DNA of 64,000 nucleotides from Fervidobacterium sp. (GTDB lineage Bacteria > Thermotogota > Thermotogae > Thermotogales > Fervidobacteriaceae). The translations under genes and the position numbers were made by a program. The stretch covers positions 404,406 to 468,405 of the forward strand of contig JBMFNR010000002.1 in NCBI GenBank assembly GCA_049970055.1. Direction: 5' to 3'. The notes under the pieces are model-generated. The model was not told where the DNA came from. It did no database searches and was given only the letters and a program-made list of their open reading frames with translations. This document shows, one piece after another, positions 1-10,205 of this stretch; within the stretch, counting starts at the first letter, position 1, and the number at the start of each line of letters is the position of its first letter.

Positions 1-951
1 TCAAAAAAACTTGGTACTGATGGTATCGAGCTTGCAAGGAGTATCTTAGCGTTTGGTGAATATGCGTTTAACAAATCCCACGCGATAGCTTATGCCCACT
101 TGACGTTTATCATGGCTTATTTTAAGGTGAATTTTCCAACGAAATTTTACAATGTATATCTAAGATACGATACGTCTATTCTGAAAGATGCAATTTACAA
201 TCTGCAAGCACTTGGTTACACAGTTGTACCACCGAAGATAAGTTCATTCTCAACGATAAAAGATGAAAAGGTATATACTTTACCTTTATATGTATTACCA
301 GGTATATCATACGAAAAATCTCAACAACTGCAACATAAAAAATTTAAAAACTTCGAAGGTTTTGTGGAAAACGCTGGTTTATCATATTCCACGATAGAAG
401 CTCTCATAAAAGCTGGTGTATTTGATGAAGTGTTTGAAAGTAGGAGAAAGGCTATACAAAAACTACGAACCCTGCGTAGTGGTTTCAATCAGGAAGCTAT
501 GCTAATTGGGAAAAAGATATTCGGAAAAGTTGTAAATACAAACGACACGAAGGTTGAAGATGACTGGGAAAGAACAAGTATGGAATATGATATACTTGGA
601 GTTGGTTTGTCCTTACCAACGAAAATTAAAAACAATCTCGCACCGTATTCCGTCGCCTACTCCTTATCCTTACCTTACGGTGTACATGTATCTATAAAAG
701 CAGGTTATGGAACAGATGGCAAGAGCGTTTTCAGAGCGAACATGCCCGACGGTGACTACACACTCATATATCCGGATAAATTTGAAATCGGGCATTGGAA
801 AGTTTCCTATGAAGTAAAAGAGCCACCTTTAAAATCCGAAATATCAAAATCAACGGAAAGCGGGTTCGAAGAGATACTCTTAAAAAACGGTAAAACTATC
901 CCAAACGCACGCCCTCTAATGAACGGAATAAGAACCGTGCTGCGTAAGTGA
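1..951 (+). CDS. dnaE: DNA polymerase III alpha subunit, C-terminal part (5'-truncated by window)
   Basis: Frame is open from base 1 and reads SKKLGTDGIELARSILAFGEYAFNKSHAIAYAHLTFIMAYFK; YAFNKSHA is the PolIII-alpha signature. The later motif IEALIKAGVFD also fits. Confidence 0.9.
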   Translation, partial: SKKLGTDGIELARSILAFGEYAFNKSHAIAYAHLTFIMAYFKVNFPTKFYNVYLRYDTSILKDAIYNLQALGYTVVPPKISSFSTIKDEKVYTLPLYVLPGISYEKSQQLQHKKFKNFEGFVENAGLSYSTIEALIKAGVFDEVFESRRKAIQKLRTLRSGFNQEAMLIGKKIFGKVVNTNDTKVEDDWERTSMEYDILGVGLSLPTKIKNNLAPYSVAYSLSLPYGVHVSIKAGYGTDGKSVFRANMPDGDYTLIYPDKFEIGHWKVSYEVKEPPLKSEISKSTESGFEEILLKNGKTIPNARPLMNGIRTVLRK

Positions 952-976
952 ATCCTGAGAAGAGGGTGATTTATTC

Positions 977-2068
977 ATGTGTAGTATACGCATTCATCAA
1001 AGTTATCAGGACGACCCCAATGACCACAACGGACGCAATTACGTCAATAATCACGAAAATTATCACGAAGCGGCTTGGTGGGAAAAGAAAGATTCACAAG
1101 GCGCTCAGATCATTCAATGTAATCTATGCCCACATAATTGCAAATTAGCGGAAGGTAGCGTTGGGGTATGTAAAGTGAGAAAAAACATAGCGGGGAAATT
1201 GTACACAATGAACTATGGTGAAGTTACATCAATAGCCCTTGATCCTATAGAGAAAAAACCCATTTTTCACTTTTACCCAGGTTCGTCTATAATCTCCGTT
1301 GGCACATGGGGATGTAACTTCAAATGCCTTTTTTGTCAAAATTGGGAAATTTCGCAAGAACGTTCATACTATGTAAAGAAGATTACCCCAAAAGTACTTG
1401 TTGAAATAGCTCTTGAATACAAACACGAGGGAAATATTGGAGTTGCCTACACTTACAGCGAACCAATCGTGTGGTACGAGTTCGTTTACGAGACTGCCAA
1501 GCTTGCATCAGATGCTGGCTTGAAAAATGTTCTTGTAACAAATGGTTATATAAACCCTGAACCATTAAAAGAACTTGGAAAGTATATCGATGCGATGAAT
1601 ATCGACTTAAAAGCCATGAACAATGATTTTTACAGAAAGGTTTGTGGTGGAGATTACGAATCAGTACTGAGGACTATAGATTACTGCATTGCAAATGGTA
1701 TTCATGTTGAAGTCACGACACTTGTTATACCTGGTGATAACGACGATTTAGAAGAATTAGAAGAGGAGTTCAAAATACTTTCGAGGATGTCAAAAGACAT
1801 TCCGCTCCATTTATCCCGGTACTACCCTGCATACAGATACACAAAACCACCAACAAAAATTGAAAAATTGAATGAAATATATAATGTTGCGAAAAAGTAC
1901 TTAAATTACGTATATCTAGGAAATGTCTGGGATGAAAAATACGAAAGCACTTACTGTCCAAAATGTGGAAATCTTGCTATAATAAGAAGAGGATACGATG
2001 TGAAAATTGTAAATCTAGATGAAGAAGGGCGGTGTAAGACATGCAACAACCAGATCATAAAGAGATAA
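977..2068 (+). CDS. amrS: AmmeMemoRadiSam-system radical SAM enzyme (PFL-activase-like)
   Basis: CNLCPHNC...GVCKVR N-terminal Zn motif, DPIEKKP, radical SAM CNFKCLFC-QNW, YTYSEP, C-terminal CPKC...CKTC. Confidence 0.85.
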   Translation: MCSIRIHQSYQDDPNDHNGRNYVNNHENYHEAAWWEKKDSQGAQIIQCNLCPHNCKLAEGSVGVCKVRKNIAGKLYTMNYGEVTSIALDPIEKKPIFHFYPGSSIISVGTWGCNFKCLFCQNWEISQERSYYVKKITPKVLVEIALEYKHEGNIGVAYTYSEPIVWYEFVYETAKLASDAGLKNVLVTNGYINPEPLKELGKYIDAMNIDLKAMNNDFYRKVCGGDYESVLRTIDYCIANGIHVEVTTLVIPGDNDDLEELEEEFKILSRMSKDIPLHLSRYYPAYRYTKPPTKIEKLNEIYNVAKKYLNYVYLGNVWDEKYESTYCPKCGNLAIIRRGYDVKIVNLDEEGRCKTCNNQIIKR

Positions 2069-3129
2069 TGATTATGAATCGAATAATTGTGTTCTCGGTA
2101 GTCGTAATTTTTTTAGTCCTTTCCGCGATATACCTGATTTTTATCTCCGGGAAGACTGGACAGTACAAAGATTATGAAGATTATATATTTGGTACGTATG
2201 TAAGAATCAAAATAGCATCAAAAGTAAACACTTCCACTATATCAAAAGCAGTATTTAAAGAGATGAAAAGGCTAGAAAGCAAATACGACGCTTACTCTCA
2301 AGATAGTGTACTTTACAAAATTAATCATTCGCAAGATTGGGTTGATGTGGATGATGAAACCTTATCCTTAATTGACCTTGCTTTGAAACTTGCGAATCAG
2401 ACAGAAGGTGCTTTTGATCCAGGACTTGGAAGAGTCGTAGATCTTTGGGGCTTTAGTCAATTTACACAAAAAAGTGCAACGGGAAGTTTTAGGGTACCAA
2501 CGGTGAGTGAGATATCTGAAGCAGCGGCACTTTCAGGTTACAAGAAGATATCTATCGACTATATAAAAAAGAGAATCAAAACCAATGGTGCATGGATTGA
2601 TCTTGGAGGAATGCTTAAAGGATATGCGCTAAAGAGAGCGTACCAAATAGCTAAAGAGTACGATCCCAACTGTCATGGTTTTATTGAAACAGGTGGACAG
2701 ATCATGATACTTGGTCCAAAGTACAACAAAACCAACTGGGTTATTGGAATTAGAAATCCGAGGGGACAGCCAGGTGAAAATATAAAATTAGTTTATATGA
2801 AATCAGGCTCAATTGCGACAAGTGGTGATTACGAAAGGTATTTCATAGTTGACGGAGTAAGATACCACCACATCATTGATCCAAAAACAGGTTATCCCTC
2901 AAAAGGTGCCGTAAGTGCGACCATAATAAGCGAGGATCCAGTTGTAGCTGACGCGTTTTCAACGGCTGCTTTTGTACTTGGCAAGGGCAATTGGCTTTTA
3001 ACACGTACTCTTTTCCCAAAATATGGTGCGGAAGTCTTATTAGTGTATGATGAAAAAACTAAAGATGGCTACAAACTGCGTACGCTCGAGACCGACAATT
3101 TTACCATATACGAAAACCCCGATAGATAA
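2068..3129 (+). CDS. apbE: FAD:protein FMN transferase (ApbE family)
   Basis: GAFDPG, IDLGGMLKGYA, IATSGDYERYF, HHIIDPKTGYP, ADAFSTA; N-terminal TM segment; start set at the TAATG overlap with the upstream stop. Confidence 0.9.
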   Translation: MIMNRIIVFSVVVIFLVLSAIYLIFISGKTGQYKDYEDYIFGTYVRIKIASKVNTSTISKAVFKEMKRLESKYDAYSQDSVLYKINHSQDWVDVDDETLSLIDLALKLANQTEGAFDPGLGRVVDLWGFSQFTQKSATGSFRVPTVSEISEAAALSGYKKISIDYIKKRIKTNGAWIDLGGMLKGYALKRAYQIAKEYDPNCHGFIETGGQIMILGPKYNKTNWVIGIRNPRGQPGENIKLVYMKSGSIATSGDYERYFIVDGVRYHHIIDPKTGYPSKGAVSATIISEDPVVADAFSTAAFVLGKGNWLLTRTLFPKYGAEVLLVYDEKTKDGYKLRTLETDNFTIYENPDR

Positions 3130-3218
3130 GTAGCTAAATTCGACATAAACCTACGGAAAAATACATAAAATACATACAGTACACAACACACACAAAACCA
3201 AACAGGGAGGTTTAAAAG

Positions 3219-3578
3219 ATGAAAAAACTGAAAAGTTTTGGTGGAAGGAACTTAGGCGGTAGTAGCGGCGGGCCTGGAATACCAAAAAATTTTGCTGAAT
3301 TGCAAAGACTTCAGGAGAAAATGGAACAAGAATTGAAGGAATTGGAAACACAATTTGCAAATGAAGAAGTAACAGTTGAAGTTGGCGGAGCTTTGAAAAT
3401 AATTGCCACTTGCGACAGGCAGATAAAAGATATAGTCTACGAACCAGATATTCTCGAAGACCAGGAAATGTTCAAAGATTTGCTTAAAACGGCAATAACG
3501 GAAATCTGGCGGAAAGTTGATCAGGTAAGAGAGGAAAAAACTAACGAAATTATCGCAAAATACAATCCGCTTGCGTAA
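3219..3578 (+). CDS. YbaB/EbfC family nucleoid-associated protein
   Basis: Gly-rich N-terminus, coiled LQRLQEKMEQELKEL, VEVGGALKI, D..MFKDLLKTA; SD GGGAGG. Confidence 0.75.
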   Translation: MKKLKSFGGRNLGGSSGGPGIPKNFAELQRLQEKMEQELKELETQFANEEVTVEVGGALKIIATCDRQIKDIVYEPDILEDQEMFKDLLKTAITEIWRKVDQVREEKTNEIIAKYNPLA

Positions 3579-3632
3579 GATATTGTAACTTTGTGCTTTT
3601 GTATTTTGGAATTTTTAGACTATGCATTTACT

Positions 3633-3661
3633 AAAAAAGGCTGGTTAAACCAGCCGTTTTT
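3633..3661 (+). terminator. Rho-independent terminator
   Basis: A-tract, GGCTGG-ttaaa-CCAGCC stem, then T-tract after the ybaB-like gene. Confidence 0.7.
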
Positions 3662-3800
3662 GTTTCAGTGAATTCCCCCCAGATTTTAGAGGTCTTCAAA
3701 TAAGGGTAATTTTTGATAAAAATCTCAACGGGTGGTATAATTAATTTAAGTACTAAAATGTATAAAAGTAAACTATGAAAATTGAAAAGGAGCGATTTGC

Positions 3801-4487
3801 TTGCGCACAAATAGACAACCCGCTTATTTGTATTTGATACTGGTGAACTCTATTATCTTACTCGCTTTTTATGTAACAAAAACGTTTTTTAATCAATCTG
3901 AAAGTGTGTACCTTCTTTTTGGAGCTCAGTACGGACCACTTATAGATGAAGGTCAGTGGTACAGGATAATTACGGCTATGTTCATGCATGGTGGATTTTT
4001 ACATCTGGTGTTTAATATGTACGCATTGTACATAATCGGTACCTATGCGGAAGGTATTTACGGAACTTACAGATTCTTATCATACTATCTTTTAACGGGC
4101 ATCGTAGGAAACGTAGCTACTCAAATATTTTATCACGATGCGATGTCTGTCGGGGCAAGTGGTGCGATATTTGGTCTTGTAGGTGTTTTGTTCGGCGCAG
4201 GCTTCAGAAAGGATACTCCGTTTTTTCTCAAACCCATAACGGGGAGTGCCCTACTACCCATGATAGTTCTGAATATCGTACTTGGGTTCGTACCTGGATC
4301 CGGGATAAACAATGCTGCGCACATCGGTGGGCTTCTTTCCGGTATCATGCTCGGCTACACGTTACCGGTCTATAGCTCCGATCGTTCTGAAAAACTTTGG
4401 AGAACTGTCGCGTTTTTACTCATTGCTATTGTAATATTAGCTTACGGCTTCCTGGTGAAAGACATTTTCGGCTGGTTGGCAGGTTGA
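3801..4487 (+). CDS. Rhomboid family intramembrane serine protease
   Basis: WYRIITAMFMHGG.LHL.FNM, catalytic GASG, AHIGG; TTG start with SD AAGGAG; upstream TGGTATAAT. Confidence 0.92.
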   Translation: MRTNRQPAYLYLILVNSIILLAFYVTKTFFNQSESVYLLFGAQYGPLIDEGQWYRIITAMFMHGGFLHLVFNMYALYIIGTYAEGIYGTYRFLSYYLLTGIVGNVATQIFYHDAMSVGASGAIFGLVGVLFGAGFRKDTPFFLKPITGSALLPMIVLNIVLGFVPGSGINNAAHIGGLLSGIMLGYTLPVYSSDRSEKLWRTVAFLLIAIVILAYGFLVKDIFGWLAG

Positions 4488-4517
4488 AACTTTGCGTAAG
4501 AGTCAGGAGGTGATGCT

Positions 4518-5678
4518 GTGAAAAAATTAAGAATAATTTGTTTGTTTATTCTTACAGTGCTCGTCTTTTCGGTAGCGTTTTCAAATACCGAGGAATCAAG
4601 TATAAATGAACTTCCTAACTTTTCAGCAGTACTTGTACTTTTTAACACCGGAGGCTTGCTTTATAAAACGTTAGAAGATGGGTTTGAAATTCCGAATGAT
4701 TGGAAGGTATTACAAGTTTCGGCGTCGAGATGGTACGTGGAAAAGAAAAAGGAAAGGCCAAAGTACTTTCTACCTATTCAAATTCCAAAAGGAACTTACG
4801 AAGTGTACGACGAAAATCTTTTTGTTTTTGAAAACGGTGATAAGTACACTAGCACAACATTTGGAATTGCCAAAGTGATCTCCGAGGAAAAAATAAAAAA
4901 CATCTTAAGGGTGTCTGAACCTGCAAATGCTCTTTTCTTCGTACCCGGTGGTTATCGTATATATTATGTTTTGCAAGAGAACACTTTGGAACAATTTTTT
5001 GAGATCCGGTCACCTGTTGATAAGGCTTACGTGATTCTCTCATCTAGTCCTGAGGAAGAAACTCAAATATTGTATTCTGTGCGTTATGAAGCTAGAGAAG
5101 AGAAAAAATACTTAGAAGCTGAAGAAGCCTCAGCGGTTGGACTAAAAATTTTTGTTCTCGGCTATCTGGAGGGGTTGGGGGAGTCAATTCATATAAGGAA
5201 TAAATTAATCAATGTGGTAAGGAAAGATTGGCAGTTGATAGATTTATATTATTCCAGAACATATGACTGGGAACCTGCAAATTATGTTGTTGAAATAACT
5301 ACTGACGAAGAGTTACCTGCTGGTAAGGTATACGTTTACTCAAAGATAGATGACAAAGTCGTACCAGTCGCAGTAACTTCAATGCCCAGTATAAGCAAAC
5401 GAGGTGAGATAGAAATATCGGAAAGCTGGCAGTTGTATCATTCTTGGGTTTTAACGAAACTACATGAAATTGGAGATAGGGTGTACATATCTGGGAATCT
5501 GTATTTAAGAGGTCACGGTGATACAAAGATAATGATCAGAGGTAAAGATATTAAAGATTTAGTAATTAGTCCACAAGGTGTTTATGAGATATTGAAGAGT
5601 TCTTCTGATACTTACGAAGTAGTGATTCCCGTTTCAGGTGAGGTAAAGGTGAGTATAAGCTTTAATAGGGAGAAGTGA
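4518..5678 (+). CDS. Secreted hypothetical protein (possibly DUF4139-like)
   Basis: Signal peptide MKKLRIICLFILTVLVFSVAFS; SD AGGAGG; LPAGKVYVY is reminiscent of DUF4139. Confidence 0.6.
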   Translation: MKKLRIICLFILTVLVFSVAFSNTEESSINELPNFSAVLVLFNTGGLLYKTLEDGFEIPNDWKVLQVSASRWYVEKKKERPKYFLPIQIPKGTYEVYDENLFVFENGDKYTSTTFGIAKVISEEKIKNILRVSEPANALFFVPGGYRIYYVLQENTLEQFFEIRSPVDKAYVILSSSPEEETQILYSVRYEAREEKKYLEAEEASAVGLKIFVLGYLEGLGESIHIRNKLINVVRKDWQLIDLYYSRTYDWEPANYVVEITTDEELPAGKVYVYSKIDDKVVPVAVTSMPSISKRGEIEISESWQLYHSWVLTKLHEIGDRVYISGNLYLRGHGDTKIMIRGKDIKDLVISPQGVYEILKSSSDTYEVVIPVSGEVKVSISFNREK

Positions 5679-5685
5679 TGGTGTC

Positions 5686-7497
5686 TTGAAAACGATGATT
5701 TCACAAAATAACATTCTGAGATTCCTCTCAGAGAACCTGCTAAAAGTTTCGAAGCCTGGCAGGTACATAGGAGGAGAGTACAATAGTGTTGTTAAGGATC
5801 TAACAAAGAAAGATTATTTAAGAGTAGCTTTTGGGTTTCCCGATGTTTACGAAGTTGGAATGTCGCATTACGGACTTGAGTTACTTTACTGGATCGCAAA
5901 TGGACTCGACTTTGTCTACGCTGAACGTGTTTTCCTGCCATGGACTGATATGATTGAACTAATGGAGGAAAAACACGTACCATTATTCACTTTGGAGACA
6001 AAAACTCCTATTTACGAGCTTGATGTACTTGGCATTACACTTGAATATGAATTATCTTACACAAACGTTTTAAAGATGCTGGAACTTGCCCGAATACCAA
6101 CTAAGGCCGCGGACAGAAGGGATGATACCCCCATCATAATCGCAGGGGGCCCAGTAACTTACAACTGTGAACCTATAGCAGATGCCTTCGATGCTATTTA
6201 CTTAGGTGATGGCGAAGTAAACCTTGAAAAAATGCTGGAAGTCCTTTACAAGACAAGGGGAATGAGCCGTTTTGATAGGCTAAAAGAACTCGCGAAGATA
6301 GAAGGAATATACGTTCCAATCTTTTACACTCAGTTGGGAAGAAAGATTGTGCCAGCGTATGATTTTGCACCTTCCAAAGTAAAAAGAAACATCTTGAAGG
6401 ACTTAAACACTGTAAAACCCTTAACTAAGAAGATATTATCTCACGTTGAAAGTGTGCATGATCGAGGGGTAATAGAAATAAGTCGCGGCTGTACACGTGG
6501 CTGTAGATTTTGCCACGCAGGTTATGTTTACAGGCCTGTGCGGGAAAGAAGCGTGGATGCAATTATTGAGAGTGCCGAAGAGTTAATCAAGAATACTGGT
6601 TATGATGAAATTTCTTTTCTGTCTCTTTCAGCGCTTGACCATTCTCAAATAAACGAGTTAACGGAAAAGATCATTGAAAAGTTCAAAGATAAAAAAATCT
6701 CGATCTCGATTCCATCCACGAGAGTGGATGCGTTCAACATAAAGATCGCGGAAAGAATAGCAGAGGTAAGAAAAACAGGTCTTACATTTGCTCCCGAGGC
6801 GGGAAGTCAAAAGATGAGAGATGCTATTAACAAACAGATATCTTTTGAGGATATCATAACTACGACTAAAGAAGCGAAACTCGCTGGTTGGAGAAGGGTG
6901 AAATTGTACTTTATGGTAGGTTTTCCACAAGAGACGGAGGAAGATATACGCGAAATAGGAGAATTGATAAAAGAAATTAAAAAAATTGGTTTTTCAGACA
7001 TTACGGCATCTGTTAATTTGCTTATCCCCAAACCTCATACAGCATTTCAATTTGCACAGTTGCAATCTCCAGAGTATATGGAAATGGTGAAAAAGATCCT
7101 AGCAGCATACAGAAAGTATGGAAAGATTGATATTAACGATGGGAAAAAGAGTTTTATTGAAGGTATACTCTCGCGTGGTGATAGAAAGTTATTTTCTACT
7201 ATTGAAAAAGCTTATAAAATTGGCTACTATGATGAATGGGGAGAATACTTCTCATTTGAGAAGTGGATGCAGGTGATGGACGATATAGATATATCCCAGT
7301 ACATTGGTCCGTACGAGTTAGAGGACTTTCCGTGGGATCATCTCGATAGTGGTGTAAGCAAAGAATTCTTATGGAAAGAGTATGTAAACTATTTTTCTCG
7401 TGTTGCAACAAAAGACTGTCGCAACAGTTGTACTATGTGTGGCGTGTGCTTTGATTACAATGTGAGAAACATTATTGTGGGAGGTAAGTTGGCATGA
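5686..7497 (+). CDS. TIGR03960-type B12-binding radical SAM protein
   Basis: KPGRYIGGEYN, FPDVYEVGMSH, EISRGCTRGCRFC, TFAPEAGS, C-terminal CRNSCTMCGVC. Confidence 0.85.
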   Translation: MKTMISQNNILRFLSENLLKVSKPGRYIGGEYNSVVKDLTKKDYLRVAFGFPDVYEVGMSHYGLELLYWIANGLDFVYAERVFLPWTDMIELMEEKHVPLFTLETKTPIYELDVLGITLEYELSYTNVLKMLELARIPTKAADRRDDTPIIIAGGPVTYNCEPIADAFDAIYLGDGEVNLEKMLEVLYKTRGMSRFDRLKELAKIEGIYVPIFYTQLGRKIVPAYDFAPSKVKRNILKDLNTVKPLTKKILSHVESVHDRGVIEISRGCTRGCRFCHAGYVYRPVRERSVDAIIESAEELIKNTGYDEISFLSLSALDHSQINELTEKIIEKFKDKKISISIPSTRVDAFNIKIAERIAEVRKTGLTFAPEAGSQKMRDAINKQISFEDIITTTKEAKLAGWRRVKLYFMVGFPQETEEDIREIGELIKEIKKIGFSDITASVNLLIPKPHTAFQFAQLQSPEYMEMVKKILAAYRKYGKIDINDGKKSFIEGILSRGDRKLFSTIEKAYKIGYYDEWGEYFSFEKWMQVMDDIDISQYIGPYELEDFPWDHLDSGVSKEFLWKEYVNYFSRVATKDCRNSCTMCGVCFDYNVRNIIVGGKLA

Positions 7498-8789
7498 GCA
7501 AAAGATTACACCCTAAGGTTTTCAAAGTGCCCATTGATAGAATTAGGATGGGATACTACTCTGATAAATATTTTACAAGATATGTTGAGGTGTTAAAGAA
7601 AGATAATCGACATCCGAGGGTCTATTACCAATTTTTCCCACGTGATAATGCAATTGTTTGCGGGGTAGACGAAGCCCTAGCCATATTAAGATATTGTACG
7701 GGATATTACAAAGATGAGGATAAAGCTCGTCAACTTTATACCGAGATGATCAACTTAGATAAAGTTATGCAAAGCTTGTCGGTGGAAGGTAATGTCGAGG
7801 AAATAATTAGCTTAACAAGGAAGAAATGGGATTTAAGATTAAAGTTGAACGAACTTTGGGTAGATAAATGGGATGAAATTGAAGTAAGAGCTGTTTACGA
7901 CGGAGAATATGTACCAGAAGGCGATCCTTTAATGACAATTGAAGGTGATCCCATTTATTTTGGATACCTTGAAACTGTTTTGCTTGGCGTTATCGCAAGA
8001 GCAACGAGTACCGCAACAGCTGTTAAGAAAGTTGTTGAAGCGGCAAATAGTAAGCCGATTCTATTTTTTAGTGCGCGTTTTGACCATTATTGGGTACAAG
8101 CAACAGATGGTTATGCTGCTTTAAAAGCTGGGGCATTCGGTGTTTCGACAGATGCGAATGCGGACTATTGGGGAGTTGAATCTATGGGAACAATTCCCCA
8201 TGCTTTAATTGCAGCGTACGATGGTAAAACAGAGGACGCTGCGATAGCCTTTGATATACACATGCCGGAGAGTGTTAATCGGATAGTACTTGTCGATTGG
8301 GACAACGATGTCATTGGCACAACTTTTAGAGTTGTTAAAAAACAGTATGAATACGTTATGGGCGAAGAATTCATATTAGGTAAAACGGATCCTTCGCCGA
8401 TTATTGGCCCGGGTAAAAACAAGATATGGGGTGTGAGGTTTGATACGTCGGGAAGTTTACGGGATAAATCAGTAACACCTATTGGTCCTCAATCTTTTGG
8501 AGTTTGTCCAGAACTAGTGTGGAAGGCGCGTCATGAATTTGATAAAGTTGGACTTAACGATCTAAAGATTGTCGTATCTGGTGGTTTTGATGAAGAGAAG
8601 ATAAAGCTATTTGAATCTCTCGGTGTACCCGTTGATGTCTACGGTGTTGGTTCGAAATTACTCAAAAAGAAAATTGATATTACCGCAGATATTGTCGAGG
8701 TGAATGGAAAGCCTTGTGCTAAGGTTGGTAGGTACAAAAAAGATGCATCGAATTTAAAAATTGTAAGTAAACGCTATTGGGAAGAATAA
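7494..8789 (+). CDS. pncB: Nicotinate phosphoribosyltransferase
   Basis: YSDKYF, ETVLLG, MGTIPHA, GVRFDTSG, IVVSGG, YGVGS, AKVGR. Confidence 0.75.
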   Translation: MSKRLHPKVFKVPIDRIRMGYYSDKYFTRYVEVLKKDNRHPRVYYQFFPRDNAIVCGVDEALAILRYCTGYYKDEDKARQLYTEMINLDKVMQSLSVEGNVEEIISLTRKKWDLRLKLNELWVDKWDEIEVRAVYDGEYVPEGDPLMTIEGDPIYFGYLETVLLGVIARATSTATAVKKVVEAANSKPILFFSARFDHYWVQATDGYAALKAGAFGVSTDANADYWGVESMGTIPHALIAAYDGKTEDAAIAFDIHMPESVNRIVLVDWDNDVIGTTFRVVKKQYEYVMGEEFILGKTDPSPIIGPGKNKIWGVRFDTSGSLRDKSVTPIGPQSFGVCPELVWKARHEFDKVGLNDLKIVVSGGFDEEKIKLFESLGVPVDVYGVGSKLLKKKIDITADIVEVNGKPCAKVGRYKKDASNLKIVSKRYWEE

Positions 8790-8885
8790 TTCCCATAAAA
8801 TCGCCACAATTCACATTTGATACATTTTCTAGTAGTGATAAAATTAAATTGGACAATATTTCTAACTTTTGAAAGGGTTACGAAA

Positions 8886-10178
8886 ATGTGGAAAATTGTG
8901 ATGACAACGGTGGGTGAACTCGAGGCAAAGTTTTTTGAAAGTCTTTTAAAATCAAATAATATACCGGTCATTATTCAAAGGACCGATGTTTTTGTTCATC
9001 CAATTTTTGGCAGTAGTGTTGAGTGTGAAATACTTGTACCAGAAGAAAAATACATAGAAGCAATTGAACTTATCAAATGGGAGGGAAAGAACGTGAAGTA
9101 CACACCATTGTATGAAGACCATGTAAAGCTTGGTGCAAAAATTACAGAATTTGCAGGATATTACATGCCACTCCAATACGAAGGTATCGTAGCTGAGGTT
9201 CAAACAGTAAGAAAAGAAGTTGGAATGTTCGATGTTTCACACATGGGCGAGTTTATCTGCGAAGGACCAGACGCGGTAAAGTTTGCCGATTACGTCGTAA
9301 CAAACGATTTTGGATCCATAAACTTTGGTGACATTATCTATACAGCTATGTGTAATGAAAACGGTGGATTTGTGGATGATTTACTTGTTTACAAAATTGC
9401 ACCAGAAAAGGTTATGTTCGTTGTTAATTCATCAAATATAGAAAAAGATTTCAATCATTTGCTTAAACTCTTCAAGAATTTCAATGTTAAGTTGACAAAC
9501 ATTTCCGACGAAACGGGGTTAATTGCTGTACAAGGGCCAAAAACTCAAGAAAAATTGCAACCTCACACGAATCTAAACCTTGATGAGGTTGGCTATTATT
9601 CTTTTAAGGAAGGCGAAATATTTGGTATAAAAGGGATCATTTCCAGGACAGGTTACACTGGGGAAGATGGTTTTGAATTGTACCTTCCCGCGGACAAAAC
9701 AGCCATTGTATGGAGAAAATTACTTGAAATAGGTGTTAAGCCCGCAGGACTTGGTGCAAGAGATGTTTTGAGGCTTGAAGCGGGATTACTTTTGTACGGT
9801 AACGACATGGATGAAACAGTAACACCCCTTGAAGCATCTATACCTTGGGCTGTAAAATTTGAGAAAGGCGATTTTTATGGAAAGGAAGCCTTGCTAAAAC
9901 AAAAAGAAGAAGGGCTAAAGAGAAGGCTCAGGGGAATTATTCTCGATGGAAAATTAGTTCCAAGACACAATATGGAGGTTTACAGAGACGGTCAAAAAAT
10001 CGGGTATGTAACGAGTGGTACTTTTTCACCAACTTTGGAGAAACCTATAGCATTTGTTATGATCGATGCCGGTGTTAAAGTAAACGATAAGGTACAAGTT
10101 GCGATCAGAGACAAGATGGCTGATGCAACTGTTGTAAAAACACCATTCTACAGAGGTAGCGTTCGCTCAAGGAAATAG
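8886..10178 (+). CDS. gcvT: Glycine cleavage system T protein with N-terminal DUF2007-like extension
   Basis: TPLYEDH, MFDVSHMG, SRTGYTGEDGFE, GLGARDVLRLEAG; about 69 extra N-terminal residues. Confidence 0.93.
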   Translation: MWKIVMTTVGELEAKFFESLLKSNNIPVIIQRTDVFVHPIFGSSVECEILVPEEKYIEAIELIKWEGKNVKYTPLYEDHVKLGAKITEFAGYYMPLQYEGIVAEVQTVRKEVGMFDVSHMGEFICEGPDAVKFADYVVTNDFGSINFGDIIYTAMCNENGGFVDDLLVYKIAPEKVMFVVNSSNIEKDFNHLLKLFKNFNVKLTNISDETGLIAVQGPKTQEKLQPHTNLNLDEVGYYSFKEGEIFGIKGIISRTGYTGEDGFELYLPADKTAIVWRKLLEIGVKPAGLGARDVLRLEAGLLLYGNDMDETVTPLEASIPWAVKFEKGDFYGKEALLKQKEEGLKRRLRGIILDGKLVPRHNMEVYRDGQKIGYVTSGTFSPTLEKPIAFVMIDAGVKVNDKVQVAIRDKMADATVVKTPFYRGSVRSRK

Positions 10179-10205
10179 TTGATATTAAAGAGAGGGGTGA
10201 TCTTT

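Noticed and set aside
8790..8885. Glycine riboswitch upstream of gcvT
   Set aside because: Short AT-rich interval without the GGAGA/CCGAAG/CTCAGG elements
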